Positions 59,358-64,000 of a stretch of 64,000 nt of DNA are shown one piece after another. Numbering within the stretch: position 1 is the stretch's first letter; every line of letters starts with the position of its first letter. The position numbers were made by a program, and so were the translations under genes. Origin of the DNA: Candidatus Kaiserbacteria bacterium (GTDB taxonomy: Bacteria > Patescibacteriota > Minisyncoccia > Phycocordibacterales > Phycocordibacteraceae); NCBI GenBank assembly GCA_963699165.1, contig OY969413.1, forward strand, positions 276,562-340,561. The letters are read 5' to 3'. The notes below the pieces were generated by a model that saw nothing but the letters and a program-made list of their open reading frames with translations, was not told where the DNA came from and searched no databases.

Positions 59358-60293
59358 TCAGATTCCTAGACCGCTAAGCGCATGCTCGACTTCGGAAATC
59401 GGAAGTGAAAAACCGATATTTTCCGAGCCCTGCACCATCGCGACGTTTACGCCGATCGCTTCGCCTGAAAGATTTACGAGCGGGCCGCCGGAATTCCCCG
59501 GATTAATTGCCGCATCGGTTTGGATTACGCCGTTCAAGGTCTCGCTCCCGCCTTGGTCATTGGAAGCCGTAATGCTTCTATTCAAGCCGGAAATGACGCC
59601 GACCGATACCGAGTTATTGTACTGGCCGAGCGCATTCCCCACGGCAAAAACGGATTGTGCAAGACGCAACGAAGACGAGTCGCCAAGCGACACGGTCGGA
59701 TAGCCGCTTCCGGTAATTTTTACAACGGCCAAATCCTCCGTGCTTGAGCGCCACACAACCGTGCCTGTTTTCTTTGCCCCGCTTGCGAGCAGTACGGTGT
59801 AGGTCGCGTTTGCGTCAGGCACGACGTGCTTATTGGTCACAATATATCCGTTGCTGCGCACGATAAACCCCGTGCCTGCGGAAACTTGCTGGCTCGTGGT
59901 GCCGACTTGCTGATATACGGGTACTTGTATGCCGAATCCTTGAAACATCGGGTCATTGCCGAACGGATTTTCATACGTCACCTGAAGCTGCGGCACGACC
60001 TGGCTTTCGACGATGGAAACGACTGCCGGCGTGACTTTGGAGACGGCGTCTTCAAGCGAGGGCGTTTCCGATTTCTGAACGACCTGATCCCGGCGCGCAA
60101 GTTCCGCCGCATTCACAGCCGTGCTCGAGGCCGTTTGAATGACCGCGTTCGAAAGCTCGCTAATCGATGACTGCAACAATGCGACCGAGTTTGAAAGACG
60201 CTGCACTTGCTGATTCTCGTACATAAGGCCGCCGGCAACGGCAAGAGCCGCAATGAGCGCGGCGATTGAGAAAATGGTTGCTGAATTTTTCAT
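59358..60293 (-). CDS. HtrA/DegP-like trypsin serine protease without PDZ domain
   Basis: TNKHVV, DLAVVK, TDAAINPGNSGGPL. Confidence 0.92.
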   Translation of the reverse strand: MKNSATIFSIAALIAALAVAGGLMYENQQVQRLSNSVALLQSSISELSNAVIQTASSTAVNAAELARRDQVVQKSETPSLEDAVSKVTPAVVSIVESQVVPQLQVTYENPFGNDPMFQGFGIQVPVYQQVGTTSQQVSAGTGFIVRSNGYIVTNKHVVPDANATYTVLLASGAKKTGTVVWRSSTEDLAVVKITGSGYPTVSLGDSSSLRLAQSVFAVGNALGQYNNSVSVGVISGLNRSITASNDQGGSETLNGVIQTDAAINPGNSGGPLVNLSGEAIGVNVAMVQGSENIGFSLPISEVEHALSGLGI

Positions 60294-60378
60294 ACGGTTA
60301 TTATACCGAATTTGAAGTGAAAAATGTTGCACAAAAGCGAAAGGGCCCCGCATCCGCGGAGCCCCGTACTCGCTCTTG

Positions 60379-60792
60379 CTAGTTGAGCCACGGCGGAGGG
60401 CTCCGCCTTTTGCATTCCCCTAAATCTTCCTTGATTTTTGCTAGCCAAACTCCGTAAGCGAAGCGCCACACCTTTTCCCTGTCTGTCATCCAGCGCGCGA
60501 GTTCTTCGGCAGACGGCATTACGCCGGAGATTGGTGTACCCGTGAGCTCGTTGTACATCTGAACGTGCGTTGCACGCACGCCGAAGTCGGGCATATAATC
60601 TTCCCGTTTCGGACACGTGCCCGCAAAATTTAGATAGTCGCTTTCCGACCCGCCGTTAGTAATCCACCCTATCAGATCGCAATCCCACGCACTCACTTCT
60701 TGCGGGAAACTGCCTTCCCGCAACGACCTGTATTCTCCGGACTCATCTTTAGGATGTTCCCAGCCCTCGGCGACCCTCCTTGTTTTTAACAC
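60379..60792 (-). CDS. Hypothetical protein
   Basis: 137-aa ORF with SD GAGG; YMPDF...QMYNELTGTPIS. Confidence 0.6.
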   Translation of the reverse strand: MLKTRRVAEGWEHPKDESGEYRSLREGSFPQEVSAWDCDLIGWITNGGSESDYLNFAGTCPKREDYMPDFGVRATHVQMYNELTGTPISGVMPSAEELARWMTDREKVWRFAYGVWLAKIKEDLGECKRRSPPPWLN

Positions 60793-60884
60793 CTTTTCAC
60801 CCTCAATTTAGAATGATCTTATCCTGTTTAGGTCATACCACGAAATTCTATTGCAGTCATCAGTCAGCGCGCCAGTCTTCTGCG

Positions 60885-61016
60885 TTACTGCCTCTGCCAG
60901 ATTTCAAATGCTTCGTCGAGCTCGATTTCGTTTTCGTCGGCGATTTCTTGGACTTCAAGCGCCTCGTCGTAGGTCAGTGCGTTGTCTTTTGCGAGTTCGT
61001 AGAGTTCTTGGTCCAC
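60885..61016 (-). CDS. 43-aa highly acidic protein (below the ORF track cutoff)
   Basis: GTG start: MDQELYELAKDNALTYDEALEVQEIADENEIELDEAFEIWQRQ. Confidence 0.5.
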   Translation of the reverse strand: MDQELYELAKDNALTYDEALEVQEIADENEIELDEAFEIWQRQ

Positions 61017-61040
61017 ATCATTTCATTTCAATATCCTGAG

Positions 61041-61622
61041 CTATAAATTGCCTGGATTGTCAGAAGTCGTTGTCGCGTTTTCGTACGCCGCAATCTTCCG
61101 AGCAAGGTCTTTATCGCTTTCGTACGGTTCTCCATGCTTGATCGTGTAGAGCCAGTCCATCAAATTGCCGGAGAAGGCATCATAGAAGTCATAATCATCC
61201 TCGTAAACGGTTAAGTCCTTCGGTGTTTGCATCAACACTTGTTCCTCCACAACCTTGATGCACGTATCGACTGAAGGGCTGTAGATGATCGCAGAGAGCT
61301 TCTGCTTATTGATGTAACTGCCCGCATCGAAAGTTGCCCCGCCAGCAGACCATGTTAGTTGCTGAGATTTGTTGTACCGGTCAATTTCCCGCTGGATACT
61401 TGTTTTCAAAGCCGCACACGAAGCCACCGATTCGCTCGGTGTCGTACTCGCTGGTTTATACACGAACGAAGCGGTGCTTGCAGTTTGTGTCTGTGGTGTG
61501 GGCGCATTGAGTCGGATGGCGGTCCACCCTATGGCCACAAGAATAACTACCAGGACGAGAGCGGACCGAAATAGGACATTTCCGAACCGCGGTATCCAAT
61601 TCGATATTTTCTGCGAATTCAT
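61041..61622 (-). CDS. Hypothetical membrane-anchored protein
   Basis: Single N-terminal TM segment, 193 aa. Confidence 0.7.
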   Translation of the reverse strand: MNSQKISNWIPRFGNVLFRSALVLVVILVAIGWTAIRLNAPTPQTQTASTASFVYKPASTTPSESVASCAALKTSIQREIDRYNKSQQLTWSAGGATFDAGSYINKQKLSAIIYSPSVDTCIKVVEEQVLMQTPKDLTVYEDDYDFYDAFSGNLMDWLYTIKHGEPYESDKDLARKIAAYENATTTSDNPGNL

Positions 61623-61897
61623 GGCTAGAGAGATAACTTTAACATCCAGGACTTAAATATGAACTCTGGGCGCGCTGAGGAGTTGGTAGTGCCAACCCTT
61701 CTCTTTTATCTGAGAGATAAAGTCGGAGTGGCCAATTTTCTCGTCGCCTACTGGGTTCGCTCGGAAATTTCCGCGACTCCTAAAGGACTGCGTTTTGTAA
61801 GGAGATTGACGCTCAACTAGACCTGTGTTAGTATGCGAAAGGGTGCGAAGAAATGTGGCTAACCAGTTCATATTTCTGTCTCGAAAGGAGACATCAG

Positions 61898-62209
61898 GTG
61901 CCGAAAAAAATTTTGCCAATCCGGCCAGACCAAATAGTGGCCGCAAAGCAAGCGACATTCCCTGATGCGGTCATTAAGGCATTCAATGAACTCATCACCC
62001 GAGACTACAACGGCCGTTCGGCAATCGTCTATCAAAGTGAAGTCGTAGCACTGATGGTCGAGAAAGGTCTCAGCCAAGTCGAAATCACCGCGAACGACTA
62101 TCTTGATGTCGAAGACGTTTACAGGGCCTCCGGATGGAAGGTCGAATACGATGCGCCGGCCTACGGCGAAAACAGTTATCCGCCGTACTTTAAGTTCACC
62201 AAGAAATAA
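61898..62209 (+). CDS. Hypothetical protein
   Basis: SD AAGGAG, GTG start, hairpin after the stop. Confidence 0.7.
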   Translation: MPKKILPIRPDQIVAAKQATFPDAVIKAFNELITRDYNGRSAIVYQSEVVALMVEKGLSQVEITANDYLDVEDVYRASGWKVEYDAPAYGENSYPPYFKFTKK

Positions 62210-62319
62210 ATCGCCAACCGCCCGCTACAGGACCGCTTCACGATCTTTTGGCGAGGCGGTTTCTGCATTCATGATTTTGAAGCGAACCTTTTAAAATTTG
62301 GTCAATGTATTGTCTGCTG

Positions 62320-62688
62320 GCTCTGCAGGGAGACGCTGCGTCTTGCGGCATCCACCAAACCAAAAATGACTGGTGCTGACCATTCTTTGTCTTTGTGGTC
62401 AGGAATAATTTGCTCGCCTCATTTAGCAAAATGACCTACTGGGTTCGCTCGCAAATTTTCACGACCCTGCCTCGCAGTCTCGCCTGCTGGCTCGACATAG
62501 CTCCGGCTTCCACAAAACCAGAAAAATCCGGTGCAGACCATGCAGAGTGTTCTGTGGTCACAAGTTGAGCATATTTCGCCAAATATGCTCACTAGCGACC
62601 CCGCCTCGCGGTTTGCTCTGCTGAGCAAACATCGCTGCGGCATCCACCAAACCAAAAATGACTGGTGCAGACCAGTCATTTTTGCGTT
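62320..62688 (-). repeat. Degenerate tandem structured repeats downstream of tRNA-Ala(TGC)
   Basis: TGCGGCATCCACCAAACCAAAAATGACTGGTGC occurs twice (about 62344 and 62636) with a related third unit between. Confidence 0.75.
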
Positions 62689-62764
62689 TGGTGGACCCGA
62701 GCGGACTCGAACCGCTTACCTCCTCATTGCAAATGAGGCGTTCTACCGGGTGAACTACGGGCCC
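62689..62764 (-). tRNA. tRNA-Ala(TGC) with encoded CCA
   Basis: GGGCCCGTAG...TTTGCAA...GTTCGAGTCCGCTCGGGTCCACCA. Confidence 0.94.
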
Positions 62765-62894
62765 GGAATGAGGCAGTAAACAGATGCGTCTTCACATATG
62801 TTTATTCGCCGAATGAAGGGTCCGTATCGGTGCAAGCAAACGATACGGGGACCATTCACACGAGATGGCACTTGCTATCTCGTATATTTATACT

Positions 62895-63857
62895 CTACCG
62901 CGACAACGCAAGGTCCACAAGATGCGAAAGGAAGTCGGGAAATGGAACGCCGACGGCAGCGAGGGACTTCGGCAGAAGCGATTCGGTTGTGAGGCCTGGA
63001 AGCGTATTGGTCTCGAGATAGTACGTTCCTTTCGGAGACACGATGAAATCGCTGCGGGAATAATGGCGAAGGCCCAAACCGCGATGCATCACGCGCGCGG
63101 CGCGCTGAAGGTCTTCGGTAATCATCCGTGAGAAATTGCCCGGACAAATTTCCCGCGTCTCGCCGGAATATTTCGCACCGTATGAAAAGAAATCGTTTGC
63201 AGGCGGAATGATTTCAATGGTCGGGAGCGCATACAGTTTTTCTCCGCGAAGGCCTTCCACGACGCCGATGGTCGCTTCCCTGCCGCGGACAAGTTCTTCA
63301 ACGAGAACACTCGGCGCGCCTTCGGCAAAGAGCCGCTCAATGGCCGCAAGCACGGGCGCATACCCGCCGACGATTGAGACGCCGACGGAAGAACCCCATC
63401 CGACCGGCTTCACGACGACGGGCTGGTGGAATTCGCGAATGATGTCGCGCGCGGCTTCTTCGATTTGTTCCGCATTTTCAATGTAGCGATGCTCGGGCAC
63501 AAGCAGGCCGACCTCTTTCGCGCGGACTTTCGACATAAGCTTGTGCATTGCGAGATGCGAGCCGAATGAGTCGGCGCCCGCGTATTTGACGCCGAAGCGT
63601 TCCAAAAGTTTTTGCACCTGGCCGTCTTCGCCGTATTCGCCGTGGAGTCCGAGAAGAACGACATCAACCTGCCTTAAAACGCGCTCGGGCCACACGGGCT
63701 TGCCGCGGTCATGCCACAGACCCGACCTGTCAATATAAATATCTCGCGCGATGAATCGGTCCTGCGGAAGATTGGCGAGAATTGCGGAACCCGATTTGAG
63801 CGATATTTCATGCTCGCGCGAAGGTCCGCCTCGCAACACCCCGACGATGGTTTGCAT
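62895..63857 (-). CDS. ddl: D-alanine--D-alanine ligase
   Basis: GGPSREHEISLKSG, LHGEYGEDG, GSSVGV, LETNTLPGLT. Confidence 0.95.
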   Translation of the reverse strand: MQTIVGVLRGGPSREHEISLKSGSAILANLPQDRFIARDIYIDRSGLWHDRGKPVWPERVLRQVDVVLLGLHGEYGEDGQVQKLLERFGVKYAGADSFGSHLAMHKLMSKVRAKEVGLLVPEHRYIENAEQIEEAARDIIREFHQPVVVKPVGWGSSVGVSIVGGYAPVLAAIERLFAEGAPSVLVEELVRGREATIGVVEGLRGEKLYALPTIEIIPPANDFFSYGAKYSGETREICPGNFSRMITEDLQRAARVMHRGLGLRHYSRSDFIVSPKGTYYLETNTLPGLTTESLLPKSLAAVGVPFPDFLSHLVDLALSR

Positions 63858-64000
63858 AGGGACAGTATATCAAACGCAAGAGAGCGAGCGGGATGTTTGG
63901 GAGAAGTGAGCCGAGTACGACGAAGGAGCGGAAACTGCAGGAAAAATGAGTCTCGCAGGCGATGCATCATCGCACTGTCGAGTGCCGACGAACCGAGAGG

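Noticed and set aside
47838-62764. Functional clustering of three tRNA-Ala genes with alaS
   Set aside because: They are spread over 15 kb and lie 45 kb or more from alaS; coincidence cannot be excluded.
63872-64000. Possible gene end or structured RNA at the window edge
   Set aside because: No convincing reading frame or recognisable motif, and it is truncated by the window.

Overview
Bacterial chromosomal segment that looks like Patescibacteria/CPR (Parcubacteria-like), inferred from a short AlaRS without C-Ala, a NUDIX-inserted LeuRS, reduced ATP synthase delta/epsilon subunits and many short hypothetical genes. Core genes: alaS, leuS, mnmA, mltG, ung, ychF, the F-type ATP synthase operon, mscL, ddl, an HtrA-like protease and an M13 peptidase. 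There are six tRNAs (Ala x3, Pro x2, Val), a putative exopolysaccharide locus (GT2 + CE4 deacetylase + GH26) and seven intact-ended IS copies with readable target duplications (IS1595, IS256-like, IS30, and two IS481-family elements present twice each). Strongest novel signal: all four IS481-family insertions sit with their target duplication directly against the -35 hexamer of a sigma70 promoter, and one element has no stop codon of its own and uses the TGA inside the host -35 box (TTGAnn). Other leads: an orphan DGR-type variable gene with a downstream hairpin and a structured leader, a family of structured repeats downstream of tRNA genes, a TrpR-like gene bracketed by two perfect palindromes, a cargo gene flanked by a duplicated alaS start, early -1 frameshifts in two unrelated transposases, and pervasive leaderless gene starts. 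Product calls come from motif recognition by eye, not database searches.
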